Positions 29,125 through 37,520 of a DNA stretch of 64,000 nt are shown here, piece after piece. The stretch comes from an uncultured delta proteobacterium (lineage in GTDB: Bacteria > Desulfobacterota > Zymogenia > Zymogenales > Zymogenaceae): positions 1-64,000 of the forward strand of contig CAWBYW010000030.1 of assembly GCA_963792965.1 (NCBI GenBank). The letters run 5' to 3'. A program made the translations under genes and the position numbers. Below the pieces are notes generated by a model. It worked only from the letters and a program-made list of their open reading frames with translations. It was not told where the DNA came from and did not search any database. Position 1 is the first letter of the stretch. Each line of letters starts with the position of its first letter.

Positions 29125-29463
29125 ATGAAAATTATGGCTTCAGACAAGGTAAAAGAGATAAGCGACACGAGTTTCAAGAAAGAGGTCATCGATTCCGATA
29201 AGCTGACCCTCGTCGACTTCTGGGCGCCCTGGTGCATGCCGTGCAAGGCCATCGCACCGGTGATCGAGGAGCTTGCCTCGACCTACGATGGGAAGGTGAA
29301 GTTTGCCAAGCTCAACGTGGACGATAACCCTGCGACTGCGTCGTCCTACGGCGTCCGGGGTATTCCCACTATGATCCTCTTCAAGAACGGCTCGGTGGTG
29401 GATCAGATCGTCGGGGCCGTTCCTAAGGCCGAGCTCGAAAAAGCCATCGGAAAATCTCTGTAA
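29125..29463 (+). CDS. trxA: Thioredoxin
   Basis: VDFWAPWCMPC, KLNVDDN, GVRGIPT; the true start may be the ATG at 29134. Confidence 0.93.
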   Translation: MKIMASDKVKEISDTSFKKEVIDSDKLTLVDFWAPWCMPCKAIAPVIEELASTYDGKVKFAKLNVDDNPATASSYGVRGIPTMILFKNGSVVDQIVGAVPKAELEKAIGKSL

Positions 29464-29540
29464 GAAAACGGGGAGCCCATGAGACCCTTTCCCCCGCGCA
29501 TGTCGCGACGTGGATGGGTCGACGTTCTTTCTCTTTGTGC

Positions 29541-29562
29541 GGGGCGCGAAATCTCGCGCCCC
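29541..29562. terminator. GC-rich hairpin between convergent trxA and CPBP genes (terminator or REP-like element)
   Basis: GGGGCGCGA-AATC-TCGCGCCCC perfect 9-bp stem; no clear U tract. Confidence 0.4.
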
Positions 29563-29568
29563 CACGTG

Positions 29569-30498
29569 TCATTTGCGTGCCGGAATCTCCGGTGTACCCG
29601 CAATCGATCCCCTGCTTACGTACCGATCATAGATGAATAGGAGGGCGGCGGCCACAGCCGAGGCGATGGCACCCGCGGCCCCCGGAAGGCCCGTGGTCAG
29701 ATCGCTCCCGCCGGCGATCAGGATGATCGCCACCCCCGCCATCGCGTTATAGGTGCCGTGCATCACGGCCGCAGCTATCACCGATTGAGCCCGTATCCGC
29801 ACGTAGCTGAAGACGATCCCCAAAAAGACGCAGTTGACCGTCCAGAGGAAGACGCCGGGGACGGGGTGCTCGGGATAGTTGTGCCCCATCAGGATGAGGG
29901 GGAGATGCCAGACGCCCCAGATGAACCCGATGAGGGCCGACGAGCGCCAGAACCCGAGCATTGAGAGCTCCTTCTGCAAGAATCCACGCCAGCCGAGCTC
30001 CTCGCCGAAACCGGCCAGGGCGTTGAGGGTCGGGCCGAAGATCAGCCCCGAGATAAGCGAGAGCCAGACCGGGTGTATCGGCAGCAGCGCCTGTTGTCTT
30101 TTGATCGCCTCAATCTGCTCGGGGGTGAAGACCTTTCTGAAATGCTCGTAGATCCCCGCCATCTCCGGCGAATATGAGACTCCGGAGAAAAGGAGGCTTA
30201 TCCCGAAGGCGCCGAACGCCAGCGCTGGGGGGATGAGCCAGGCCGCCAGCCACCACGTGTTGATCCGGAAGGATACCCCGAGGGGCCCCTTGATGGGCTC
30301 GTGATAGATATATTTCTGAACAACGATCGCCATGATCATCGGGACGAACATATAGCAAAGCGCCATGAAGACCGCCGGCGTCGTGTTCAGCCTTCCACCC
30401 AGGAGATAGAAGAGCCCTGCCAGCAGCCAGTCAACCCCAAAGGTAAGGCCGAGGAAAAGCCAGATTTTCTTCGTGCGTAACGTATCGGGCATGAGCAC
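29569..30498 (-). CDS. CPBP family (type II CAAX / Abi) intramembrane glutamic endopeptidase
   Basis: GEELGWRG, WGVWHLP, MHGTYN motifs; multiple TMs. Confidence 0.92.
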   Translation of the reverse strand: MLMPDTLRTKKIWLFLGLTFGVDWLLAGLFYLLGGRLNTTPAVFMALCYMFVPMIMAIVVQKYIYHEPIKGPLGVSFRINTWWLAAWLIPPALAFGAFGISLLFSGVSYSPEMAGIYEHFRKVFTPEQIEAIKRQQALLPIHPVWLSLISGLIFGPTLNALAGFGEELGWRGFLQKELSMLGFWRSSALIGFIWGVWHLPLILMGHNYPEHPVPGVFLWTVNCVFLGIVFSYVRIRAQSVIAAAVMHGTYNAMAGVAIILIAGGSDLTTGLPGAAGAIASAVAAALLFIYDRYVSRGSIAGTPEIPARK

Positions 30499-30557
30499 CT
30501 CCGAAAGACTCAGTCGTTTTCAGCCGGCCATCTCGTCCCGGCTTGAAGACCCGCGTC

Positions 30558-31298
30558 TCAGGCGAAGATCTTCTTAAAGCTATAGCCGCTCAACGAAACC
30601 AGAACGAGAGCCGGGGCGTAGAAGATCCAGGTGATATACGTGGCAAAGACCCTCAATTCCCCGGCGGGAAGCGACCGATAGAAACCCACGCAGACGTCGC
30701 TCAAAAAGAAACAGAGCACGCCCACGGCGATCATCCAGACGTTGGGCCTGGGGAAATAGGCGATCCTCAGCGCCGCCAGGGCCGACCAGAGCGAAGCTCC
30801 GATGATCAGAGCATACCCGGTCAGGACCGAGAAATAAGGAATGTTTCCCTTCAGCATCGGATGGAATACGACGAACATCGCTGCGAGGCAGAGCGCGAGA
30901 ATCGCTCCGAGGAGGACCAACAGCCCCCCTTTTTTCGCGTAGGCCCGCATCCCGGCCGCGTGTCTCCTCACGAGCACGAGGTGGGCGGCGGCAAAGGCAA
31001 AAACCCCGACAACCGAATGGACGTTAAAGAAGAAAATGATGTCACCCAAGACGATCAGGCTATAGGCCGTCACAAGTCGGCGGGTGTCGCTCGTCTCGAT
31101 TCCGTCCCTCCCTATCATCCAGGCCAGGAGGGCACAGAGGAGCGTAACGGGGAATTTCATGAAGCGGGAATAGAGCTCGGGATTGGCGAGGTCGGCCGTC
31201 CCCATGAAAAAGAGCGTCCAGTCGTGCCCGGAGAAGAGGCCGAAGAGAAAAACGATAACGGCAAAGACAATGATGACGAAGAGAGCCTTCCCTTTCAT
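30558..31298 (-). CDS. YhhN/TMEM86 (lysoplasmalogenase-like) membrane protein
   Basis: About 8 TMs with MKFP, LGDIIF, FAAAH, FFLSD and IFYAPAL, matching the YhhN motif order. Confidence 0.7.
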   Translation of the reverse strand: MKGKALFVIIVFAVIVFLFGLFSGHDWTLFFMGTADLANPELYSRFMKFPVTLLCALLAWMIGRDGIETSDTRRLVTAYSLIVLGDIIFFFNVHSVVGVFAFAAAHLVLVRRHAAGMRAYAKKGGLLVLLGAILALCLAAMFVVFHPMLKGNIPYFSVLTGYALIIGASLWSALAALRIAYFPRPNVWMIAVGVLCFFLSDVCVGFYRSLPAGELRVFATYITWIFYAPALVLVSLSGYSFKKIFA

Positions 31299-31404
31299 CG
31301 TGTCGTCCCTCTGAAATGTGTCTGCGCCCTCGCCGGGGTATGTTCGAGAGATACGGCGACTGTTTCTCGCTCACTGAGCCGGTACGTCGTTGGGTCTTCA
31401 CCCC

Positions 31405-31878
31405 CTATTTTTTCACACGCTCGATGAGCGAGCTGGTGGACGCGCCGGGCGTGAAAGTGGCCCGCACCACCCGTCCTCCCCACGACATGACCTCTTTGGC
31501 CCCCACGATATCTTCCTGTTTCCAGTCCTCGCCCTTTACCAGGACGTCCGGCCTGAGGGCCGTGATCAGATCGATCGGGGTCGGCTCGTCGAAAATCACC
31601 ACGTAATCGACATCGCGCAGCGAAGCGAGGATCTCCGCGCGATCCTCCTGGCGCTGCACGGGGCGATCCGGTCCCTTGAGGGATCTGACCGACCGGTCCG
31701 AGTTGAGCCCGACGACAAGGAGGTCCCCCTCCCGCCGTGCCTGCGCAAGGTATCGCACGTGTCCGACGTGCAACAGGTCAAAGCAGCCGTTGGTAAAGAC
31801 GACGGCCCGGCCCCTTTTCTTCTGTGCCTCAACGACCGGTATCAGGTCGTGAAGCTCATAGATCCGTTGAATATCCAT
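31405..31878 (-). CDS. rfaE2: D-glycero-beta-D-manno-heptose 1-phosphate adenylyltransferase
   Basis: FTNGCFDLLHVGH, GLNSDRSV, KGPDRP, PDVLVKG, STSSLIER. Confidence 0.93.
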   Translation of the reverse strand: MDIQRIYELHDLIPVVEAQKKRGRAVVFTNGCFDLLHVGHVRYLAQARREGDLLVVGLNSDRSVRSLKGPDRPVQRQEDRAEILASLRDVDYVVIFDEPTPIDLITALRPDVLVKGEDWKQEDIVGAKEVMSWGGRVVRATFTPGASTSSLIERVKK

Positions 31879-31990
31879 TGCACGTCCTCGTGTCGCGTCT
31901 CCCCGGCGAGTCGAAATGACAGATCGTTGTCGGTGCTCGGCGATATTCCGTCTTCACCGACCGGGCCACGGAAAAACGTTCCCCCGGACG

Positions 31991-34570
31991 TCAGCGAGGC
32001 ATGAATCCCTTGAGCGGGAAGCGGAAAATACGCTGGAAAATATGGAGCGTCCCCCTGCCCAATCCTTCCAGGGTCATGGCCGCCACCTTCGGATCCTTGA
32101 GGCTCCCCGTGACCCGAAAGTAGGTGGTAAAAAGGTTGCCGTCGTCTCCCGTTAGAATATATCCGACGACCGGGATCTTGTTGACGATCAGGTCGATCGT
32201 CTGCAGCAGCTGAAAACCCACGACCATATCCAGGTTATCGCTCACCATGTCGTAGCTCCCCACCATGGTGACCTTCATGACCCTGCCGTTGAAAAAGAGG
32301 TCCTCGGTGGTCGCCTTCCCGTCCACGAGGACAAAGGTGCCCGTGATCGAGTCAAAGGGGATTCCATTCGTATCCAGCTTCGGAAGTTTCAGCCGCAGGT
32401 AGTTTGAGATCTTCATAAGCGACATGATCTTCGACAAGACCGACATCCGTTTGATGGCCCCGTCCTTTATCGATATCTCGATCGTCCCGTCCAGCGTGTT
32501 CTTGATAAGCTCGGGATTGCCCGGATCGGATTTGAGTGAAAGGGAGAAATCGGCCTTCCCCGTGATGTCTCTTGTCAGCCCCGCGTCCGAGGCCAGCGCG
32601 CCGAAGTCCGTCCCCCGGCCCGAAAGGTTGAGATAGAGAAGATCCTCCTTCTCCGATCCCGAGTAAACGTATCCGAAGGCGCCCGTACATTTCCCTCCAT
32701 ACAGGGCGCAGCTCACGTCTTCCAGCAGCAGATACCCCTCCTCGAAGATGAGCCGTGATGAGAGATCGGTGATCCGTATCGTCTTGTCGCCGGTCCCGAA
32801 GAGCTCCACGAGGTCCAGCGTCGGGGACCTCAGCGACATCACGAGCCGCGGCTTGCTGAAGTTTGTCAGCTCCCCCTCTCCCGTGAGTACGGACTCGGCG
32901 AAGGTCACCGTAAAGGGGGGGATCTTCATCCGATCCTTTTCGAACACGAGAACGGCCGATCCGGGTTTTGGCGTCTTCGTGAAGAAGGGGACCGAGAGCG
33001 CCCAGTTAGAAAACTCGACCCTTCCGGTCACTTTTGCGACGCCGGTGGTCGTGCCTATCGGCGCGTCAACCCCAATGACGCCCCTGACCCTCCCCACACC
33101 CTCGGTCGGCTTCAAGAACGGCAGGGCGGAGATGACGTTGGAGGCAAGGATGTCCTTAACGTCCTCGAAGGCCATGTCGTCCACCGTCGCGCGCAGGTCG
33201 TGTAGGTAGGGAGCCGTCCGGGTCTTCTCGATGCGCCACCGCAGTTCCCTGACGTGGCCGGGCGGATCGGCGAACGCGACGTCTTTGGCGACCACTTCGT
33301 CCCCCGAGATCGATACGTCCGCGGACACCCCGCGGACCACGGCCCCGCCGAGGTCGAGGTCGGCGTCCGCGATCGTGCCGGCTATCTCGAGCCGCGCCGC
33401 CTTGGTCCCAAGCAGGGCGGGATTGCCCGAGATGTCGATGTGGGCAGACAGCCTTCCGTTCGCCAACAGCTTTCGTGCGTATGCCTTGACACCGTCGCCT
33501 AACAGGTTCAGGGGGATCAGCGAAAGATCGCGCGTCAACTCGAAGTCGGCAATATCGGCCGTTACCGTAAGATTGTTTGAGGTGCCGGTTCTATGGACGA
33601 CCTTCATGAGCGTAAGGTCTCCCGTCACCTTGAGAGAATCTCGTCGAATCACCGCCTCCCGAATCGATAACCCGTTCGGGGTCATCGAGACCGCCCCGGA
33701 AAGATCGATCTCGTCGATTCTAACCCCGCCCGGGTAATACGAGGAATCCTTGGCTCGCACGTCGGCCGCCGTGATCCGGCCGTGAATGTCCCACGTACGC
33801 TCGTTACCGTACGTGACGGTAAAGTCGCCGCCGACCGTCCCTGAAATCGAGAGAGACCTGTAGTCCCCGAGCACGAGATTGGCGGCCGCCAGATCAACCC
33901 GCTTGACCCAGACCCGGGCCGTGACCCTTCCGTCCGGCAGGCCCTCGCCCTCCGACTTGATGATCCCTCTCGGGTCGCCCGGGGGCGCAAGTGAAAGGGT
34001 ATACTCAACAGGGCCGCTCTTGAGATTTCCGGAAAACGAGCCGTAGAAAAGAGTGGCCGCGTACTCCCTTTGGCCCCCGAACCTCTTGTCGATGATCTTC
34101 AGGGTGGCGTTGGTGATCACCATCCCCTTAAGCCGCATTTCCGGCCCCCCTCCGGAGGCGGCTCTCCGAACAATCTTGAAGATCTTATCAATCAGCTTCT
34201 CGTTTTTCTCGACGGAAAAGGAGAGTGTAGGTGAAATGATACGAAGCTTTTTCGGGATTACGCTGCCGGAAGCGAGCGGAACGAGGTATACGCCGATGAT
34301 AACCTCGTCTGCGGAGAACGTGGGGGTATTCTCGTCTCCGGGAAGGTAGAAATTATGGCCTCGAACGCCAAAGTAGGGAAACAGAGAGAACTCGATTCTT
34401 CCCAGCTGCACGTCCCGGCCGAGGGAGTCGTCCAGTATCCTGATGATCTCGGGGCGGTACTTCTCAAGATCGATGGAGGATACCGTAATGATGAAGACCT
34501 CAGTGAGGATCAGAGAAACAAGGACGATCGTCTCAATGAAGATCCATCTTCTCTTTTGGGTCTTGGGCAT
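31991..34570 (-). CDS. AsmA-like / YhdP family protein
   Basis: N-terminal TM then LEKYRPEI...LGRDV; long beta-rich body; AsmA_2-like C-terminus (LYGG, FDSITGTF, KIPVVG, FRVTGSLKDPKV). Confidence 0.8.
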   Translation of the reverse strand: MPKTQKRRWIFIETIVLVSLILTEVFIITVSSIDLEKYRPEIIRILDDSLGRDVQLGRIEFSLFPYFGVRGHNFYLPGDENTPTFSADEVIIGVYLVPLASGSVIPKKLRIISPTLSFSVEKNEKLIDKIFKIVRRAASGGGPEMRLKGMVITNATLKIIDKRFGGQREYAATLFYGSFSGNLKSGPVEYTLSLAPPGDPRGIIKSEGEGLPDGRVTARVWVKRVDLAAANLVLGDYRSLSISGTVGGDFTVTYGNERTWDIHGRITAADVRAKDSSYYPGGVRIDEIDLSGAVSMTPNGLSIREAVIRRDSLKVTGDLTLMKVVHRTGTSNNLTVTADIADFELTRDLSLIPLNLLGDGVKAYARKLLANGRLSAHIDISGNPALLGTKAARLEIAGTIADADLDLGGAVVRGVSADVSISGDEVVAKDVAFADPPGHVRELRWRIEKTRTAPYLHDLRATVDDMAFEDVKDILASNVISALPFLKPTEGVGRVRGVIGVDAPIGTTTGVAKVTGRVEFSNWALSVPFFTKTPKPGSAVLVFEKDRMKIPPFTVTFAESVLTGEGELTNFSKPRLVMSLRSPTLDLVELFGTGDKTIRITDLSSRLIFEEGYLLLEDVSCALYGGKCTGAFGYVYSGSEKEDLLYLNLSGRGTDFGALASDAGLTRDITGKADFSLSLKSDPGNPELIKNTLDGTIEISIKDGAIKRMSVLSKIMSLMKISNYLRLKLPKLDTNGIPFDSITGTFVLVDGKATTEDLFFNGRVMKVTMVGSYDMVSDNLDMVVGFQLLQTIDLIVNKIPVVGYILTGDDGNLFTTYFRVTGSLKDPKVAAMTLEGLGRGTLHIFQRIFRFPLKGFMPR

Positions 34571-34662
34571 GAATATCAACTCGTGTCGAAAAATCTATCT
34601 GGTGCCGAAGATGCTCACCGGCCCCTCGCGTAACGCGGCAACGCGGCCGGACCACGCTGTCA

Positions 34663-35553
34663 TCACCCATCGCTTGGGTCGGCAAGGATCGTCCTGATCT
34701 CATCCAAGAGCTCTTCGGGGACATTTCCGTTGTGCCGGGCCGCCTCCACCGTGAGCCTTCCCATCACCCGGTAGAAGTCGAGAAGCTCCGGCATTTTCTT
34801 CTCAAGTGCGGCGACGTGGTCGGATATCGTCGGCCCGTCTCCCCGGGCGATCGGTCCGGTCAGGGCGGTCGGCACGCCGAGCGCCTTCACGTTATTGAGC
34901 GTTCCCTCCACCAGTGGCAGCAGCGCCCGCAGCGCGGTCTTTTCCTTCATCCCGATTTCTTTGAGGATCAAGACGGCGGCCCAGAGAAGGGTGACCAGGT
35001 AGTTGGAGGCGACCACCGCCCCGGTGTGGTAGAGGACCTTGTCTTGTTTCGGAATCGATAGTTGTTCTCCGCCGAATATCTCGACCATCTTCTTCAACTC
35101 GGAAAGCGCGGGCTCGTCCCCCTCAAGGCAGAAGACCGAGCCGGGGATATTCTTCTTTGCCTGATCAAAATCCGCGAAGCTCTGCAGGGGGTGCAACGAT
35201 GCGGCATAGGCGCCGTGTGCCCTGACGGGAGCTAAGACATCGGAGGTGAGGGAGCCGCTCATGTGAACAACAACCTGCCCCGCGCGGATACCGCCCCTCC
35301 GTGATAGCTCGGCGGCCACCTTACCGATGATACGGTCGGGGGTGGTGATAAAGAGGATATCGACCTCCCCGCTCAGGCCCGCCCCGTCTTTTTGCCCCGC
35401 AGCGCCGCGCATCTCATGATATGCGGCCTTCACACGCTCCGGATCGATATCACTGATGAAACCAATCTCGTATCCCGCCTGTTTCAGAAGCACGCCGACG
35501 GCCGTCCCGACCTTCCCCGCGCCGATGATCCCGATCTTCTTGTTGCCGGACAT
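34663..35553 (-). CDS. Rossmann-like plus DUF2520 domain protein (PanG-like)
   Basis: IGIIGAGKVG, HMSG, SLHPLQSF, YHTGAVVASNY, LTGPIARGD. Confidence 0.88.
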   Translation of the reverse strand: MSGNKKIGIIGAGKVGTAVGVLLKQAGYEIGFISDIDPERVKAAYHEMRGAAGQKDGAGLSGEVDILFITTPDRIIGKVAAELSRRGGIRAGQVVVHMSGSLTSDVLAPVRAHGAYAASLHPLQSFADFDQAKKNIPGSVFCLEGDEPALSELKKMVEIFGGEQLSIPKQDKVLYHTGAVVASNYLVTLLWAAVLILKEIGMKEKTALRALLPLVEGTLNNVKALGVPTALTGPIARGDGPTISDHVAALEKKMPELLDFYRVMGRLTVEAARHNGNVPEELLDEIRTILADPSDG

Positions 35554-35663
35554 CTTTCTCCCTGCCTCCGGCACGTCGCGGGAGGCCACCCGACGGACGT
35601 TCCCGAGAACTGCGCCGTACCCATAATCCATGCTCCGAGCCGACGGCCATCGTACCTCGGTTC

Positions 35664-35692
35664 ATGATAAGTCGTAATGCTCGCCGTGTCAA
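35664..35692 (-). promoter_or_regulatory. Putative sigma-70 promoter for the DUF2520-AsmA genes
   Basis: Minus strand TTGACA-N17-TATCAT. Confidence 0.55.
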
Positions 35693-35717
35693 GTCAAAGG
35701 GGGAGCAACGTCCAGGC

Positions 35718-35747
35718 AAAAAAAAGAGGCCGTAGAGCCTCTTTTTT
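35718..35747 (-). terminator. Intrinsic terminator downstream of the Roadblock gene (could act bidirectionally)
   Basis: AAAAAAAAGAGGC-CGTAGA-GCCTCTTTTTT; U8 tail on the minus strand. Confidence 0.75.
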
Positions 35748-35967
35748 CTTTTCTTAAACCGGACGGGAGGGTTATCTTGCCGACTCCCCCCCTCTCTCGG
35801 TAGATGGTATGCGGCCACCAATCGCGCCGCGCCCACGCCGTCGTGGAAGTCAGACGATTACGACGAGACGCGACTTCCTCGCCGGCCGAGCCATTTTCAG
35901 ATACGCCGACACCCGCTTCCCTCCCACGGGGCGTGCGAGACGTGCGGCTTGCTATCAGCGGGCTGGG

Positions 35968-36336
35968 TTAGACGAGCTTTTCGAGCTCATCCACGGCGCG
36001 CTTCATGTCCAGAAAGACGAGTCCTAACTTGGCATCTTTGGTGACGAGGGCGGTCAGAACGGCGTCTTCGCCCGCGTTCATGAGCAACACGTATCCTTCC
36101 ACGCCCCTGATGAAGACCTGATCGAGTTTGCCGCGGTTCAACTCCTGGGCCGTCCGCTCGCCGAGGGAAAGCATCGCCGCGCTCATCGCCGCAACCCTGT
36201 CTTCTTCAACGTCCTGGGGGAGGGCCGACGCCATGATCAAACCGTCGACGCTCACGATCGCCGAGGCCTCGACGTCCGGTGTCCCTTTCTGCAATTCCTT
36301 CAGTATCTTGGTCATTGATTCGGTCCTGCTGGCCAT
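35968..36336 (-). CDS. Roadblock/LC7 domain protein (MglB-like)
   Basis: SAIVSVDGLIMAS, EDRVAAMSAAMLSLGER, AKLGLVFLDM; GGAGG RBS. Confidence 0.92.
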   Translation of the reverse strand: MASRTESMTKILKELQKGTPDVEASAIVSVDGLIMASALPQDVEEDRVAAMSAAMLSLGERTAQELNRGKLDQVFIRGVEGYVLLMNAGEDAVLTALVTKDAKLGLVFLDMKRAVDELEKLV

Positions 36337-36411
36337 ATCTACCTCCTCTATGTTCGGCCTGTTTATCCTGATTTTGAGACGCGGTCCGTATCGGTCCGCG
36401 TCTGATTGCCT

Positions 36412-37323
36412 CTATTTCTGCTTTGCCTTTTCCTCTCGCTCCGACAGCTTCCTGAGATTGAATTTCACCATCTCGTTGTCGGGTTGAATCTCAAGAGCCC
36501 TTTCCCACTCCTTACGCGCCTTGTTGTATTTGTTTTCGCGGAGAAATCGAAAACCCTGATCGAAGTGCTCGAAAAAATCCTTCTTGATCTCTTCGCTGAT
36601 CTCTTCGGGGGGGCCCGCTTTCTCAAGAGACGACCGGGACGCCTCATCGGCGATCCGGAGACCCTCCATGATCAGAAACTGCCAATCGCTCTTGATCGTC
36701 CGTTCTTTGGGAGATTCATTCCTCTTGGAGAGAAAGGTCCCCTCCGGCCAGGTAAGAATCTGAAAGAAGGCATCTTCTCCCACGACGTTACCGGTCTCCG
36801 CATGAATAATGTTGCCGTCTTTGAAGAAGATCTTGCCCTCCTTGGAGCCGCTGCGGATGATCAGGGAAGAGTGGGCCTTACCGAGGCAGTTCATCTGAAT
36901 GACGTCGGTGAGGAGGAGATCCTGAAGCTGGCCCTCGAAGCCTTTTCGCTCGTCCTTAAGGGAATCGAGGATCATCTCTCTGATCTCCTTAATTTCAAAA
37001 GGTTTTTCGATATAGTAGAGCGAGCCCCTCATGTTGGCGTCTTTTTGGACATCGGGTGAACCATAGGCGGTCATGATGATGACTTTGACATCGGGGTAAT
37101 CCCTCCGAATCCTGGAAAGGAGGTCCAGCCCCGAGATCCCGGGCATGCGGATATCGGTGATCACAAGCCTGATGCTCTCCTTTTCCAGCACCTTGAGAGC
37201 GTCTTCGCCGCTGTTGGCGATAAGGACTTCGAATTTATCCTTGTCCTTCGACAGGCTCTTGGACATGCTCCAGGTGAGATTTTCCTCATCATCAACGATC
37301 AGGATTTTATCGGCGGCCGCCAT
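36412..37323 (-). CDS. Response regulator: receiver plus DUF4388 (PATAN-like) plus TPR
   Basis: Receiver: IVDDE, ITDIRMPG, MTAYG, IEKPF. DUF4388: FEGQLQDLLLTDVIQ...GKIFFKDGNIIHA...GEDAFFQILTWPEGTF...LIMEG. One C-terminal TPR (ARKEWERALEIQPDN). Confidence 0.88.
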   Translation of the reverse strand: MAAADKILIVDDEENLTWSMSKSLSKDKDKFEVLIANSGEDALKVLEKESIRLVITDIRMPGISGLDLLSRIRRDYPDVKVIIMTAYGSPDVQKDANMRGSLYYIEKPFEIKEIREMILDSLKDERKGFEGQLQDLLLTDVIQMNCLGKAHSSLIIRSGSKEGKIFFKDGNIIHAETGNVVGEDAFFQILTWPEGTFLSKRNESPKERTIKSDWQFLIMEGLRIADEASRSSLEKAGPPEEISEEIKKDFFEHFDQGFRFLRENKYNKARKEWERALEIQPDNEMVKFNLRKLSEREEKAKQK

Positions 37324-37349
37324 GGGTGACTCCTTTGTTGAGGTAATAG

Positions 37350-37365
37350 TGCAATATAGATGCCA
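37350..37365 (-). promoter_or_regulatory. Sigma-54 (-24/-12) promoter
   Basis: Minus strand TGGCATCTATATTGCA: GG-N10-GC with consensus flanks, 26 nt upstream of the ATG at 37323. Confidence 0.8.
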
Positions 37366-37479
37366 GATTGCTCACTTATTTCTTCGATTGTGAGGATCCG
37401 TAAAAAGCCCTATAGTTTCGATATGATACGCATGGCCGAGAATCGGTGCCGAGCTGCCGTCCGCCATAGCGCGCAAAAG

Positions 37480-37520
37480 TGACCGGAAATCGTACAGATA
37501 CCCTGTCCGATAATCAAACA
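37480..37520. promoter_or_regulatory. Tandem putative enhancer (UAS) sites for a sigma-54 activator
   Basis: TGACCGGAAATCGTACA (37480-37496) and TGTCCGATAATCAAACA (37504-37520): TG(T/A)-N11-ACA, 12/17 identical, about 150-170 bp upstream of the predicted +1. Confidence 0.55.

Noticed and set aside
37366-37440. IHF site between the enhancer and the sigma-54 promoter
   Set aside because: The region is AT-rich but the best matches have at least two mismatches to WATCARN4TTR.
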